Positions 62,222 to 63,465 of a DNA stretch of 63,465 nt are shown in pieces (positions within the stretch are counted from its first letter, which is position 1; each line of letters opens with the position of its first letter). Under the pieces are notes generated by a model. That model saw only the letters and a list, made by a program, of their open reading frames with translations. It was not told the origin of the DNA and did no database searches. The translations under genes were made by a program, and so were the position numbers. Source of the DNA: Octopus bimaculoides (lineage: Eukaryota); the NCBI RefSeq assembly GCF_001194135.2, contig NC_069000.1, positions 28,434,987 through 28,498,451 of the forward strand, in the 5' to 3' direction.

Positions 62222-62487
62222 CAAGTAAGTTTGACTTTTTATTTGTGATGCGACTCTATCTATCTACCTATCTATCTTTCTTCTTACCCATCTCCCCCTC
62301 TCGCTCTGCTTCCTTCTGTTGTCCTGGCTTCTACTTCACTGCTATACACATCTCTCTCTTCCTCCCTCTACCATCCTCTCTGTTCACGTGTGACCTGTGG
62401 TCAACTCTCTCTTTTCACTCCTGCCACTATGAAGGCATGACGAACTGTCTTTTCTCCGTCCAGCTTCGTCANNNNNNNNNNNNNAAG

Positions 62488-62524
<37 letters not shown>

Positions 62525-62774
62525 CAAGTAAGTTTGACTTTTTATTTGTGATGCGACTCTATCTATCTACCTATCTATCTTTCTTCTTACCCATCTCCCC
62601 CTCTCGCTCTGCTTCCTTCTGTTGTCCTGGCTTCTACTTCACTGCTATACACATCTCTCTCTTCCTCCCTCTACCATCCTCTCTGTTCACGTGTGACCTG
62701 TGGTCAACTCTCTCTTTTCACTCCTGCCACTATGAAGGCATGACGAACTGTCTTTTCTCCGTCCAGCTTCGTCA
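62182..62774. other. Apparently identical 290-bp duplication around a 13-N gap (probable assembly artefact)
   Basis: 62182-62471 reads the same as 62485-62774; N at 62472-62484. Confidence 0.85.
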
Positions 62775-63070
62775 TATCACTAGCGTTCAATACCAGATTC
62801 GCGTTTGGCTGTACGGCTTTTTAATGTCGTTTTCACTGTCCATTTTTTCCTGTCTTGGTTTGTGTTTGCCACCTTGGAATCCTCTGTTTAGTGGGTCGAT
62901 CCACTACTCAGGAAGAGACTATTATAGAGTACGTTCTGCCTTATCTTCGAAATGTTTAGTTAGAATAGAGGCAGCTGACGAAGGATTAATTCCAAGTGGC
63001 TATCTGTTTTCCTATGTGTTCGTTCCGTTGTCTGTAGTTCATTTTTCTAACGTCCTGTACCCTGATATGC
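62775..63070 (+). mobile_element. CpG-rich repeat, possibly a degenerate Penelope-like terminus
   Basis: gcagCTGACGAaggattaattcc resembles a hammerhead core plus stem II, but the GAAA half is missing. Confidence 0.3.
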
Positions 63071-63422
63071 ATCTATATACACATGTAGATGTAAGTATGT
63101 ACATATATGTGGGTATACGTGCATACATATTCTTTGTATTATTATTATATATATATATGTATATATTGCACATACACAAACAAATATCTATCTACACACA
63201 CACACACACAAAAGATGGAGGTGGAAATAGCACAGAAATAAGTCTAAGACATTTCAATTTAAGAGGGAGTTTAATAAAAATGATTTTAAAAATTAAATAA
63301 AGAAAATATTACCGGTTTTGATGAATCTCATCTTATGAAACATCAGTAAAAATTTATAAAAATTTAAAATAAAAAAAGTTTATCTTCTGTCTGGGTGTCA
63401 AGAACATGTACATATATCAAGA

Positions 63423-63465
<43 letters not shown>

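Noticed and set aside
63305-63365. Hammerhead-like TTGATGA...GAAAC ATCA GTA
   Set aside because: Stems I and II do not pair convincingly; at most a decayed remnant. The same applies to the CTGATGA near 39822 taken alone.

Overview
Eukaryotic, AT-rich, repeat-dominated window with three N gaps. The SINE, RTE and microsatellite landscape resembles Octopus/coleoid genomes as I recall them; this is inference, not a database match. One well-supported gene is present: the 3' part of an Ihog/CDON/BOC-family Hedgehog co-receptor on the minus strand. Seven exons (57827 to 41289) have consistent GT-AG phases and give about 495 aa: two FN3 domains, a Ser-rich stalk, a TM helix and a cytoplasmic tail. 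Its 5' exons lie beyond the window. A possible orphan plus-strand terminal exon sits at 35766-35849. Nearly everything else is decayed mobile DNA: hAT, mariner, a DD41D element, RTE LINEs, an RLE-type LINE fragment, a compact LTR retrotransposon with TSD, a solo LTR, two tRNA-type SINE families and Penelope-like termini. The two best candidates for undescribed biology are (1) a 14-kb co-oriented array of four L1/Tx1-type LINEs and SINEs, in which every LINE 5' end abuts the (ATT)n tail of a SINE or of another LINE and the SINE and LINE 3' ends share a short motif, and (2) an 82-bp-arm palindrome with a minimal type I hammerhead-ribozyme fold on each strand and a C instead of U at core position 4. 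Both were read by eye and remain hypotheses. Most repeat boundaries are approximate.
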